DNA of 63,952 bases, the filler included, from Octopus bimaculoides (Eukaryota), in assembly GCF_001194135.2 (NCBI RefSeq). It is 8 parts of 7 records of this genome, joined end to end, with 100 filler letters (N's around TTAATTAATTAA, not from the genome) between each part and the next. Parts side by side here need not be neighbours in the genome. Positions count along the whole stretch, not along the records: positions 15,665 to 28,006 come from NC_068994.1; positions 28,107 to 35,109 come from NC_068982.1; positions 35,210 to 39,303 come from NC_068988.1; positions 39,404 to 56,134 come from NC_068991.1; 4 more parts are not named here. One strand, given 5' to 3'. Below the pieces are notes generated by a model, which did no database searches, had not been told where the DNA came from, and saw only the letters and a program-made list of their open reading frames with translations. The position numbers and the translations under genes were made by a program. Numbering within the stretch: position 1 is the stretch's first letter; every line of letters starts with the position of its first letter. This document shows, piece after piece, positions 26,366 through 39,639 of this stretch.

Positions 26366-26555
26366 CAAGTAACATTGCTACTACAATTATCTCCGGAAAA
26401 TAACCACAAGGATTATTTACATGGATATACCACTGGAATGAAGCTACACTCCAAGTACTGTTTCTTCTTTCTTTTTTCAGCGCATCACACTCACTCTCAC
26501 TTCATACTATAACTCTCCTCTTATAGATATAATAATCCATTTCTCTACTATTTCT

Positions 26556-26604
26556 GTCTCCGATGAAGGGATACATTGGATTTTCCCTGAAACAGCTGGA
26601 AGAC
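26556..26604 (+). ncRNA. Type-I hammerhead-ribozyme-like motif (Penelope-type), cleavage triplet mutated
   Basis: gtct-CCGATGA-aggga...tccct-GAAA-c-agct-gGa-agac: stem I gtct/agac, 5-bp stem II, palindromic AGCT loop; GGA where GUA is expected. Confidence 0.7.
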
Positions 26605-26716
26605 TTTATCCATAAAATATATTTCTAACTTTACCATTGTTCTCTTTATCCTTTTCTCTATTTATACATATATATATATATGTAAATCAAAATAAGCAAC
26701 AGGATATCCAGAAGTA

Positions 26717-26804
26717 ATGCAGTACGATCGTTTCAAGCGTTTCCATTTAATTGAACAATGCAACCATTATATCAATTTAAATGCAGAGCAATCCTCGGCT
26801 GCAT
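26717..26804 (-). ncRNA. Type-I hammerhead-ribozyme-like motif with long imperfect stem II
   Basis: Minus strand: atgcag-CCGAGGA-(57 nt, catttaaattga pairing with tcaattaaatg)-GAAA-c-gatc-GTA-ctgcat; 6-bp stem I, palindromic GATC loop. Confidence 0.65.
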
Positions 26805-27250
26805 AAATACATAGAATTAAATTAAATTAAAACAGATGAATACATTAGTATAATTTTACCTAAAACCTCCAAGAAGGTAAGGAGATAGACAACGAACATG
26901 TCTTCATTTCAGCTTAGAAGCTACTAAGGTATCAGGAAGAAAGACTCTGGTCGAGATCTAGCTTGTCCCTGTTTTGGGGGTCAGTTTTAATTTATAGTCT
27001 TGTTTATCAAATCTTTCTATATCAAAATCTAAGGCCAAAGAACAAGGAGCAGTGTTTGTTAGGAAAGGGGCTGAGGGAGTCAACAGAAATCATAGTGGGT
27101 ATAGTCATAAAACTATCATATATATATATATATATGTGTGTGTAAGAACGACCGTGCGAACCAAAAGGAGAAATGGTGACGAATGGAAAAACAGGCTCCT
27201 TTTTTATAACGCGTCACACGGTCGAACACAAAAATATAAAATGATAAATA

Positions 27251-28006
27251 TGTTATAATTCTATAACAGAGAATTCGTAAATGCCAGTAAGATAAAAGAT
27301 AGGACTCAACCGATAGAGATGTATAACAGTAAGATTTATTGTAGCATTAAATTGTATGTCTGTGTGTATGTGAATGCGACATAATAAAACACAATATAAG
27401 ACTGGCCGTCATGTAAACAAAAGAGTGTGTGCGAGTAATACATGTATGTGTATGCGTGAGATACAGCGAATAGAAAAGAGTCAGTAACACGGATAAGAAT
27501 TTAAGATACCAGTTCTTTGTTAGAGTACACAGTGGTAAGTGTCTGTATATAAGAAGTTAAAGCGTTGGGGCAGAGCGATCACTCGTCGTGATGTTAGGGC
27601 TTCTATGCTGAGCCGGATTCTTGAATACAGATGTTCTTCGCAGGCTAAATTCTGTCTGTTAATTTTCGTGGTGAAGAAATCACACAAACAGGGCTGAAAG
27701 CTGCGGTTAGCGGTTGGTAGCTTGTGTACGTGTAGAGTCATGTTGACGCTGGCGGCGATGCTGGTAGTACGTAGAGTCGTGTTGACGCTGGCGACGTCGG
27801 GGGCGATGCCTGTAGTTCGTAGTTGAACGATGGTGTTGTTGATGTCGTCGCTGGAACTGGCTGGCTGTGTTACGCGTGTGTGTGGTCAGCGCCGGCCAGA
27901 TCTAGGATCTGAGGCTCGACGAATTTGGCGGGTATCTAACAGGCTATTTATAGCTGAAGGTAGACTCCAGAGAAGCATTAGAAGAACACTATCACGTGAC
28001 TTTATT
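27251..28006 (-). mobile_element. LTR-like sequence related to the 19164/21334 LTRs, truncated by a gap
   Basis: Minus strand aataaagtcacgtga...gagtctaccttcagctataaa matches aataaatcacgtga...gagcctaccgttagctataaa in LTR A; AATAAA about 85 nt before a taaca end at 27251. Confidence 0.55.
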
Positions 28007-28169
28007 NNNNNNNNNNNNNNNNNNNNNNNNNNNNNNNNNNNNNNNNNNNNTTAATTAATTAANNNNNNNNNNNNNNNNNNNNNNNNNNNNNNNNNNNNNN
28101 NNNNNNATATATATATATATGCGTATGTGTGTGTGCGTGTGTATGTGTGTATGTGTGTCTGTATGCAGG

Positions 28170-28760
28170 CACGGGTGAGTGGTAAGCTGTTTATTTCTCA
28201 ATCGTATGGATCCCTGATCAGACCCATTGGGTGACACCGTGGGCAAGTGCCTTCCATTACAGCCGCGGGTCGACAAAAGACTTGTGAATGGATTAAGTAG
28301 ACAGGAGTATTATGGAAGCCCATCGAACATCTATGTGCAAGGCCGGGTGAAGGTACAGGCAAGTCGGGTAGTCGCCCAGGACGCCATGTGTTAGGGGTCG
28401 CCAAGGAGGGTGTGACAAAGACAAGGACATTTCCACAACCATCAGTTTGTACACGCTGAAGTTCAGCTAGCCTTGGGCGCCAGCAATCATAGGGTCGGCC
28501 CTGTGTGTGTGTGTGTATGTGTGTGTGTGTGTGTGTATGTGTGTGTGTGTATTTGCATTTGTCCTCCGACCATTTGACAACTGTTGGTTATGTTTCCGTA
28601 CCTTAGCAGTTCTTCAATAAGAAACCTATAGAATAGGAACCAACGTTAGAAAACAGAATACTAGGATCGGTTTGTTCGACTAAGCCGTTGAAGGTGGTAA
28701 GGTAGTATGGCAGTGCCCCAGCATGACTGCAGTCAAATGGATGAAAGTAAAAGATAAAAA
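28170..28760 (+). mobile_element. Old SINE family A copy interrupted by a MITE
   Basis: Degenerate head 28170-28325; tail gtgccccagcatgactgcagtcaaat at about 28712-28738. Confidence 0.75.
28338..28503. mobile_element. Non-autonomous hAT-like MITE
   Basis: Termini caaggccgg...tcggccctg (CAGGGCCGG-type TIR); GC-rich 166 bp inserted in the SINE microsatellite. Confidence 0.6.
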
Positions 28761-29586
28761 GATGTGTGTGCGTACGTATANNNNNNNNNNNNNNNNNNNN
28801 NNNNNNNNNNNNNNNNNNNNNNNNNNNNNNNNNNNNNNNNNNNNNNNNNNNNNNNNNNNNNNNNNNNNNNNNNNNNNNNNNNNNNNNNNNNNNNNNNNNN
28901 NNNNNNNNNNNNNNNNNNNNNNNNNNNNNNNNNNNNNNNNNNNNNNNNNNNNNNNNNNNNNNNNNNNNNNNNNNNNNNNNNNNNNNNNNNNNNNNNNNNN
29001 NNNNNNNNNNNNNNNNNNNNNNNNNNNNNNNNNNNNNNNNNNNNNNNNNNNNNNNNNNNNNNNNNNNNNNNNNNNNNNNNNNNNNNNNNNNNNNNNNNNN
29101 NNNNNNNNNNNNNNNNNNNNNNNNNNNNNNNNNNNNNNNNNNNNNNNNNNNNNNNNNNNNNNNNNNNNNNNNNNNNNNNNNNNNNNNNNNNNNNNNNNNN
29201 NNNNNNNNNNNNNNNNNNNNNNNNNNNNNNNNNNNNNNNNNNNNNNNNNNNNNNNNNNNNNNNNNNNNNNNNNNNNNNNNNNNNNNNNNNNNNNNNNNNN
29301 NNNNNNNNNNNNNNNNNNNNNNNNNNNNNNNNNNNNNNNNNNNNNNNNNNNNNNNNNNNNNNNNNNNNNNNNNNNNNNNNNNNNNNNNNNNNNNNNNNNN
29401 NNNNNNNNNNNNNNNNNNNNNNNNNNNNNNNNNNNNNNNNNNNNNNNNNNNNNNNNNNNNNNNNNNNNNNNNNNNNNNNNNNNNNNNNNNNNNNNNNNNN
29501 NNNNNNNNNNNNNNNNNNNNNNNNNNNNNNNNNNNNNNNNNNNNNNNNNNNNNNNNNNNNNNNNNNNNNNNNNNNNNNNNNNNNNN

Positions 29587-29768
29587 CATCGCTTGACAAC
29601 CGATGCTGGTGTGTTTACGTCCCCGAAATTTAGCGGTTCGGCAAAAGATATAGATAGAATAAGTACTAGGTTTACAAAGAATAAGTCCTAGGGCCGATTT
29701 GTTCGACTAAAAGCGGTGCTCCAGCATGGCCGCAGTCAAATGACTGAAGCCAGTAAAAGAATAAAAGA
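29587..29768 (+). mobile_element. SINE family A, 3' half
   Basis: catcgcttgacaaccgatgctggtg...gcggtgctccagcatggccgcagtcaaatgactgaagccagtaaaagaataaaagaat. Confidence 0.92.
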
Positions 29769-30055
29769 ATATATAAGCACACAAACACTTGAATCTCTCG
29801 CTTTGCATATATATAATTCATGCACATACCCATCCCATACGCATACACACACACAATAGCAATACATACATACATATATACATACATACGTGGGGGTGAG
29901 CCGCATGTATATGGAATGTCAAAAAAGAAATGTGTGTGATGTTATAGATCGGGGGTAAAACATGAACTTGGGGTGAAAATAGAAAAATTTCTGAAATAAC
30001 AGAAAAACAAAAAAGCAGAAAAAGAATAGAGTAAGCCACGTAACTGAGAAAACAC

Positions 30056-30141
<86 letters not shown>

Positions 30142-30531
30142 ATGGTGACGCTGGTGGAGGTTGTGGCGGTAATTGATCCAGCTGATGACGTGAGGCTAGA
30201 GAGAGAATGGTTGGAGGATTATTGTAGCTTCTTATAGCAGTGGGAACCTTTAAGCGAATTAGTAATGTGCACACGGCTGCGTGTGTATATGTGTGTGTGT
30301 CGTAGTTATATAGGAGAGGAGGAGGAAGAGGAGGGGAGGGAAAGAATTGTAGATGAGTGTGTTGGTAATTGGTGAGCGCGTGTGTTTGCGTGTGTGTACT
30401 CAAGGGAAATACACCTACACACACACACACACACACAAACAGACATATACACACATGCGCGTGCGAGCGCACACACACACATGTATATAGGTGCATACAT
30501 ATTTATATGTACGTATGCATTTATGTATATG

Positions 30532-30594
<63 letters not shown>

Positions 30595-30861
30595 NNNNNN
30601 NNNNNNNNNNNNNNNNNNNNNNNNNNNNNNNNNNNNNNNNNNNNNNNNNNNNNNNNNNNNNNNNNNNNNNNNNNNNNNNNNNNNNNNNNNNNNNNNNNNN
30701 NNNNNNNNNNNNNNNNNNNNNNNNNNNNNNNNNNNNNNNNNNNNNNNNNNNNNNNNNNNNNNNNNNNNNNNNNNNNNNNNNNNNNNNNNNNNNNNNNNNN
30801 NNNNNNNNNNNNTATATCTTTAACACATGCCAAAACAGTATACGTGTGCCTATATATATAC

Positions 30862-30916
<55 letters not shown>

Positions 30917-31918
30917 TGTATATATAATTGTATATACCTGGTTATACATTTTTCACAGAATCATATACACACGTACATGCATGGAAGCCTCACACACACA
31001 CATATACAAAGAACTGCATTATTGCTTGCTTTTTCTAGTCTGTGAGGTGTATTTTGGAGGAATTAAGCTGCTATTTTTAGCGGTACTTGATGTTGCCATG
31101 GTAACTACTGTCACGATTGTTGCTATTGTTGTTGTTGGTAGTGGTGGTGATGGGAATGGCGGCGATGAAGCTGTTGATCGCGGTTGTGGTGGACAACATG
31201 CTATAACTATTCCTAGAACCACATTATCCAGTTCCTTTTTTTCTTTTTTTAAGAATGAATGGTTTGGAGCTTTGAGTAAATTTTGCCTGCTCTTTCTACC
31301 ACGTTATATGACCATTCCTCATTTCGTTTTTATTAATTAACATGTCTGAGTCATTAGATTGCGGCCATGTTGGGGCACTGCCTTGTAAAAGACCCATGTT
31401 CCGTTAAGTGAAGCACTTAACTTATAGGAATCTATTTTTGCCAAACTGCTCAGTTACAGAGACGTTAAAAAACCAACAGCGGTTGTCAAGTGATGAGAGA
31501 GGTAACAATCGCAAACTCGCACGCATACACACTCATATAAAGCAAAATAAAAAGGGATAGTTTGTTCATAAAATATGTTACGTCGTCTTACGTATCTTTC
31601 ATTAACAAAGATACCATTGATACTATGTATATCTTATAAGTAGATTGCATTGTTAACTCTTCGAAGACTGTGTAACTTTCATTTGAAATCTTTAGTAATC
31701 ATACTGGACCGCTAACATTGATATAGTATAGACTGTCATAACGACTGGTATAAGATTTTCTAATCCCTAATACATTGAAGGAACACTAAAGCAAAAATAA
31801 ATGAATAAATAAATATTAAGAACTTCTACTATCCTTGTAAATAATACAAATTAACGAAGGCAGTATGATTCTGGAACCCCTTAGGGAGAGCTCACAACTA
31901 TCGACTGTGACAAATAGG

Positions 31919-33050
31919 TACGAGGATCGGCTAAAAAGTTCATAGGCTCACCAAGACACTCTTATGGAATGTGAGCAAATGAGGTCTATTTTTTGACGTA
32001 GACCCCCACCCCTCTGCAGGTCAGGTCACACATTTTCTCCATCAGTATTCCAGTGCTTGGATCCCATTGGTAAAGAAACTCTCATTCTGTTGCTCAGAAA
32101 AATCATGAACTTCGGATATGACGTCATCACTGAGATACTGGTTCTCAGCCAAGTGGTTTTACATGTTGAAATACAGATGATAGATGGAGCCAAATCAGAA
32201 AGATAGGAAAAGTGATCAACCAGTTTAAAGCCACAATCACGCATAGCAGCTATTGAAACCAAAGACTTTTGTGCTGGAGCATTGTCCTGATGAAACAAGG
32301 CCCCTTCCTCAGTATTCCTGGGCGTTTGGTACTGTTAGCCTTTCCATTGGTGGTGTGTCCTTTTGAAGATAGTAAAATACACAATGTCTTTTGCATTCCA
32401 AAACCTGAGCCCATGATCTTCCCCTGCAGGTGATGATGGACAAAGAACTTTGCTTTCTTTGGAACAGGTGAAGAGGAGTGTTTCTGCTGCATGGATTGTC
32501 CCTGTCTCTGCTTCAAAATAATGAAAACAACACTCATTTCTGGATTAGGAAACATTCAGGGAAACCAACTGGATCTGCCTGGAACAATGTAAAAATTTTC
32601 CCATAATGTGACCAGCCTGGTGTGCTTTTGATCAGGTGTCAGAAGACGTGGCACTCACCGAGCAGAAACGTTCGTCATGCCAAATTCGCTATGCAGAAAA
32701 TTCTTAATTCCCTCACGGGACATGCTAATAGTATTGGCTTTTTGATTTATACCCAATCGCTTGTCATCTTCATGATTCTCCCTTCCCCAGCTAAATTCAG
32801 CAGCCCATTTTTGCGCTGTTGATAGAACTGGAGCCTCATCTCCTAATATAGCAACTATGTCGGCAGGAATATCCTTGCGGGGCTAAACCCTTTTTCTGCA
32901 GGAACCCGTTAACAAGACGATACCAGATTTTGTCTTTTTCAAGTGAAGTCGCTCTTAGTTAGTTACTTTTGAAGTCTTCTTTGAACAGTAAGATATCAAT
33001 TTACCTGGAAAAAAACAATGCTGTTATTAATAAGGAGGGCTCTAGTACCA
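31919..33050 (-). mobile_element. Decayed mariner (Tc1/mariner) transposon
   Basis: KHSSSPVPKKAK..GKIMGS.F; FHQDNAPAQKSLVSIAAMRDCGFKLVDH.SYLSDLAPS; terminus tacgaggatcggctaaaaagttc at 31919. Confidence 0.9.
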
Positions 33051-33670
33051 CTATTTCATAGTCAGTCTATTTATATGTATATACATATAAATAGACACTG
33101 TTTATAAGATATTTAGTTACACCATCTTACGTATATTTCATTAATTACTAATTACATAATGTAAATTGTACAGTCAAGACTTCTTGCCAAATCGTCAGAG
33201 ACCTAACATTTATACGTAAACATTATTGGAGTGCAGAAATGTTGAGAGAAGTAACTGCATAGTTTGGTAGAAGACAAATAGGACTTTGCACATTTCATAT
33301 ATATGTGTGTATGCAACAACGTATATATATATATATATATATGTGTGTGCGTGTGTGTGAGCGTGCATGCATGTATATATGTATGCATGTATGTATGCAT
33401 GTATGTATGCATGCATGTATGCATGTATGTGTGCATGTGTACATTTTTTATGTTTTGAATCGGTAGAAAGTTATGTAAGTGACACAAGGGCTAAAAATTT
33501 CGTATGTGACACTTATGAAACATGATGAATACCAGCCACAAAACTCTCCGCCCCTTTGACTTTTGCAATTTTCTGCTGGTAGAAAATAACAAAAGTATTT
33601 ATATAACGTATATATACACAGACATATATATCAGACATTATATTTAGTCATGTGTGTATGCGTATATATG

Positions 33671-33701
<31 letters not shown>

Positions 33702-34593
33702 NNNNNNNNNNNNNNNNNNNNNNNNNNNNNNNNNNNNNNNNNNNNNNNNNNNNNNNNNNNNNNNNNNNNNNNNNNNNNNNNNNNNNNNNNNNNNNNNNNN
33801 NNNNNNNNNNNNNNNNNNNNNNNNNNNNNNNNNNNNNNNNNNNNNNNNNNNNNNNNNNNNNNNNNNNNNNNNNNNNNNNNNNNNNNNNNNNNNNNNNNNN
33901 NNNNNNNNNNNNNNNNNNNNNNNNNNNNNNNNNNNNNNNNNNNNNNNNNNNNNNNNNNNNNNNNNNNNNNNNNNNNNNNNNNNNNNNNNNNNNNNNNNNN
34001 NNNNNNNNNNNNNNNNNNNNNNNNNNNNNNNNNNNNNNNNNNNNNNNNNNNNNNNNNNNNNNNNNNNNNNNNNNNNNNNNNNNNNNNNNNNNNNNNNNNN
34101 NNNNNNNNNNNNNNNNNNNNNNNNNNNNNNNNNNNNNNNNNNNNNNNNNNNNNNNNNNNNNNNNNNNNNNNNNNNNNNNNNNNNNNNNNNNNNNNNNNNN
34201 NNNNNNNNNNNNNNNNNNNNNNNNNNNNNNNNNNNNNNNNNNNNNNNNNNNNNNNNNNNNNNNNNNNNNNNNNNNNNNNNNNNNNNNNNNNNNNNNNNNN
34301 NNNNNNNNNNNNNNNNNNNNNNNNNNNNNNNNNNNNNNNNNNNNNNNNNNNNNNNNNNNNNNNNNNNNNNNNNNNNNNNNNNNNNNNNNNNNNNNNNNNN
34401 NNNNNNNNNNNNNNNNNNNNNNNNNNNNNNNNNNNNNNNNNNNNNNNNNNNNNNNNNNNNNNNNNNNNNNNNNNNNNNNNNNNNNNNNNNNNNNNNNNNN
34501 NNNNNNNNNNNNNNNNNNNNNNNNNNNNNNNNNNNNNNNNNNNNNNNNNNNNNNNNNNNNNNNNNNNNNNNNNNNNNNNNNNNNNNNNNNNNN

Positions 34594-34648
<55 letters not shown>

Positions 34649-35058
34649 TAGGCACTGGGAGTGGGGTGGGGTGATGTACGGCACATAAATATCTCGTAAT
34701 AGACGTAGCTCTTCAAAGTCAGCTTGTTATAGTTGTTAGCGGCGGCGGTAGTGGTGGTAGGGTTGGCGGTGGTGGTGGCGATGGCGATGGCGATGGAATT
34801 GATGGAGTTGGTGGTGGTTCAGTGGGTAGCGGTGATAGTTCTGCTATGGAACAGATTTCTTGATCACAGGCGCTCCATCTATGACCATCCTGTCGCTGTC
34901 CATACACACCAATCCCTCTATGCAGCTTTCTCTATGTGGATATATGTGTGTGTGTGTCTATGTATAGATACATTAATGCGCATGCATGCACATACATGTA
35001 CACACATAAATATATATGCATATATATATGTATGTATATATATATGTAAATATATATG

Positions 35059-35109
<51 letters not shown>

Positions 35110-35209
35110 NNNNNNNNNNNNNNNNNNNNNNNNNNNNNNNNNNNNNNNNNNNNTTAATTAATTAANNNNNNNNNNNNNNNNNNNNNNNNNNNNNNNNNNN
35201 NNNNNNNNN

Positions 35210-35282
<73 letters not shown>

Positions 35283-35849
35283 ATGTTTTCGAATCCCAGA
35301 CAGGGAATACGATATACGAGTGAGTGGAGAAACGAAAGAGAAAGGCACCACATTTAGGAGGTGAGATAGATGCATATATGCGTATATATGAGTGTGTGTA
35401 TGTGTGTGTGTGTGATGTGCATGTGTTTATATGTATGTGCATGTATGTGTGTTTGTGTACGCGTGAGAGTGTCTTTCTATGTGTATGTATGTATGTGTGT
35501 TTGTGTGCGCGTGTGTGTTTATGTATGTATATGTGTGTGTGCATGTGTGTGTATGCATGTATATATGCAGGAAAATATATGTAAACAGATATTGTCTGAG
35601 CAAAAGCATACAATGAAATAAAAATAACAACGGAGCTGAGTTATACTAAAAGATGTTTAATAATCGCTTTTCTTTATCTGGCTGGTTAGATTTTTCTGCT
35701 GCTTGGATTAAAGATCGAGCTTTGTCTTATATTGGCAACTCATTAAAATCCACTTATCTCTTCATTGAGCCGTTACTTTTACGACGAGACTATATATGTG
35801 TTTCAAGATAAAAATTATATCGTATAGCTACGAAAATATGCTTAGCCAT

Positions 35850-36270
35850 CAAGGCAGCGAGCTGGCAGAAACGTTAGCAGACCGGACGAAATGCATAGCA
35901 GTATTTCGTCTGCCATTACATTCTGAGTTCATATTCCGCTAAGGTCGACTTTGCCTTTCATCCTATCGGGATCGATAAATTAAGCACCAGTCACGCACTG
36001 GGGTCGATGTAATCGACTTAATCCCTTTGTCCTTGTTTGTCCTCTGTGTTTAGCCCATTGTGGGTAATAAAGAAATAAGAAACGTTAGCACGCCGGGCGA
36101 AATGCTTAGCAGTATTTCGTCTGTCTTTACGTTCTGAGTTCAAATTCCACCGAGAGCGACTTTGCTTAACATCTTTCGGGTTCGATAAATTAAGTACCAG
36201 TTGCATACTGGGGTCGATCTAATCGACTGGCCAGCTTCCCCAAAAATTTCGGGCATTGTGCCTATAGTAG
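35850..36270 (+). mobile_element. Two tandem SINE family B copies with different tails
   Basis: ggcagcgagctggcagaaacgttagc at about 35853 and agaaacgttagcacgccgggcg at about 36079; the tails diverge after ggggtcgat.taatcgact. Confidence 0.9.
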
Positions 36271-38399
36271 AAAAGAATATGCTTGGTCATGAGATTTGAG
36301 GTGTTTGAAATTGACTTTGCATTATAAATGTATTAGTGAGTTTTAAATTTAAATGCATTTTTAGTTAAATAAGTTAGTAGGGTATTTGGAGTTTTAAGTA
36401 CTTGATAAGTGGTTTGTGCATGAAGGTAGATTGGGTGTTTAAGAGATTCTTAAGAACAAAAATGGAAATATATAACATATTATGCTAATGGTTTGAATCA
36501 GATAGTTTTGTTATTGCAGTGATACTGAAGTGTGATCGTAAGTGCTGATCACATATATTTTCATATTTACCCAATGAGAAGGGCTACCTCCATTTCACTC
36601 TGTGACTACAGTCTGTCATTTCTGCGGACTGAGTAGCCGGAGATATGGTTGTTTGTGTTTTCCTGTTATTATTTTTTGTTACTAGAAAAGTTGGCTGCGT
36701 CGCCAGCGGATATCATTAGCTTGCTATATTTTCTCATTCTGGTCGCTTTTCTTATAACTTAGGTATTACATTTACAGCTAAAATCAGACGTATTATATTT
36801 GTCTTGCAGCATATTCAACTTGAAGAGATTTTTGTATATAAACATTGCTTCTTCATTATAACTGTCATTTTCCCTTTCTGTCTTATGTTTACCTATTTTA
36901 TATTTTTAATAAAATATTTCCATATGTTTTATTCTATTTTGCTTTAAGTTTTTAGTTTATTAGTAACTTATATGCAGAAAACAATTTATTTTCAGTTTCT
37001 ATTATAATATCTTATGGCACTATATTTCTTAATAAATATTTTCACTAAGTGGTTCTTTTAAATTGCAGCATTTTACATGCTAAAGATGAAACAGTCATAG
37101 TCGTCCAGCATAATTAGTATACTACATTGCCACTAAGTCGTCCAGCATAATTAGTATACTACATTGCCACATTCTATGTCTTATGACTAAAGACGGTGGT
37201 AAACGTGTTTGTACTTTTAACTTATGATTCAAAGTTAGGTTTTTGTCTATCTTTAATCTGACTTTATTGTATGGCTTACCTAGAAATATTTTCTCTTCTG
37301 CTTTACATCAACTTGAATAATTCATAATTACATCATAGTGTATATTTATATACACACATACATATGACGCCATATTAACATAATACTGGGTCCCTCGATT
37401 ACTAAAACTTCTGTTGTTATTTCTCTGAAATAGTAACCGGAAAATCAGTTTACATATGTATAACATGCATAGATACATACTTACAAGCAAATGCATACAT
37501 ACACACGCCTGCATACAAAAGCTGGTAATCAGTGAGGAAATTGATATCGCGTTACAGGATCTTACGTTATGACAAGTTTTACAGTATTACTGAAGCAAAT
37601 GAAAGAATAAAAGAATAAAAGAATAAAAGAATACTGACCACTAAATGGTAAAACCAAGAATATTGTTTATCCTGCAACTTTACAGTGATTTCCATATATC
37701 ACAGTGGTACAAATTTCTCCGAATGAGGTACTCTATGGTATAAATCTGAAATGGTAGGAAGCCATTAAATACTTCATTATTATCTATCACTTTAGTTTTG
37801 GGCCCCAGAGCCAACTAGCCCTCCGCATGATCTTGTCCAAAAGTCCGCATGTAGTGCGGCTTTTAAGCTAGTTTATGAATATTTTTCAAATCTTTGTATA
37901 ATTCCTTGGTTATCAGAAATATAACTTCTATTACTAATCGTGTAATTTTCCGGGAGCAGTGTCATATTTAGGCGAAATGACCAACAATTCCTACCTTGTG
38001 TAGTTTAGTACCGTGTGGTGTAGTTCAATGCACTTGCTCTTTGTTTCTCTTTTATACATTTTCCTCTTCAAATGGTGCTTTTGAAACTACAAGTCCAGAA
38101 TATAAAACTGTCACTAATCAACAAAGGATATTCCAGCAAAGTAGTGCACTAAGTCAGAGTAATATAAGAGGAAATACTACACTACAAATGTATCAGATAC
38201 TATACGTATTCAAAATATACAAACTGCATAAACAGAATTCATCAAATGCATATCGAAAGCCTCATGGAAGAGAACAAATCAAAATGAATTACACAAACTA
38301 TAAACTAACACGAATATTATTCGCTCCAAATCTTAAAATTTAAAAGCCTTTCCCATTAATAACAAACTGTTAGCATGTAAACCAGTCAAGCTACTAATT

Positions 38400-38935
38400 A
38401 TCAATGGAAATACTAACGTGATTCATGACTTCACTTACGTATAAGAACATTGCAAATTTTACGATATGTGAGTGGGTATATGACAGATTATCGCATCTTA
38501 CTTCTTCGCTTTCTCCACAAAAAAAGCAAAGCATACTGTCTGACACACTGTGTCCTACATAATCGCTATCCCGATCGATAGACAACATATCTTTCCATAA
38601 ATTGGTCCGTTCCACCTCGCGTCTTTCTCTTAAAACGATAACGAAATCTGTTTTGATCTTAGTGATGCAGTAAACGTTGAGATTCTTCTCCGGCGATTGG
38701 ATGAAATGCTTTAAGGTACACTCTACCTTGTCAAAAATCTGCTAATTTTTTTCGCAGAAATAGCTTCATATTTAGCTCTTGTTTGATCTGCCAGCGTTAA
38801 AGAAGCGACAATTGATTTGGTTTCCGGTTAGCATACAATACTTGTGCGCGTGATGCGTGGGCGTATTGTCGTTTAAAGGTTTGAACTGACGTTAATATTG
38901 ACTTCAAATGTTGGTAACATGCCAGAAATTTCGGG
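38400..38935 (+). mobile_element. Possible highly decayed Tc1/mariner-family fragment
   Basis: Only weak motifs (GP..PR..; VKNL; AEI.....SVK); low certainty. Confidence 0.3.
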
Positions 38936-38954
38936 GAAAATGGGTAAGTTCATT

Positions 38955-39168
38955 ATATTGACCTCAATGCTCAACTGGTACTTATTTTAATCGACCCCGA
39001 AAGGGAACTAGTAGATTACATTGACACCACCACCCCGTCCCCCCGTGTACTTACTTTATCGATCCCAAAAAGATGAAAGGGAGAATTTGAACTCAGAATG
39101 TAAAGACGGACGAAATATCACTAAGCATTTTGACCGGCTCGATAACGATTCCGCCAGCTCGGCGCCTT
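38955..39168 (-). mobile_element. SINE family B fragments
   Basis: aatttgaactcagaatgtaaagacggacgaaat...gattccgccagctcggcgcc. Confidence 0.85.
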
Positions 39169-39239
39169 TAAATTCATAATAAAAAAATAGAAGAGTAATA
39201 AAGAACGGCATACTATTGAAATACCATTCAATAAAACTC

Positions 39240-39303
<64 letters not shown>

Positions 39304-39544
39304 NNNNNNNNNNNNNNNNNNNNNNNNNNNNNNNNNNNNNNNNNNNNTTAATTAATTAANNNNNNNNNNNNNNNNNNNNNNNNNNNNNNNNNNNNNNNNN
39401 NNNACCCGCACAAGAGCCAGCCCAGGGGCACCGGCAACGATCCCGCTCGGAAGATTTCATGTGTCGCCCGCACATGAGCCAATCCAGGGGTACTGACAAC
39501 GATCCCGTATATTTATATATATACATATATATATATGTATATGC

Positions 39545-39604
<60 letters not shown>

Positions 39605-39639
39605 ACGTGTGTGTGTGTGCACATGCACGTGTGTGAGTT

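Noticed and set aside
34719-34907. Pro-rich ORF and short MDSDRMVIDGAPVIKKSVP peptide
   Set aside because: Low-complexity (GGT/GGC)-derived sequence, no credible splice signals and no recognised homology.
37796-38343. Open frames FWAPEPTSPPHDLVQ... and ORF 37996-38343
   Set aside because: No recognisable family and no consistent phase with neighbouring exon candidates.
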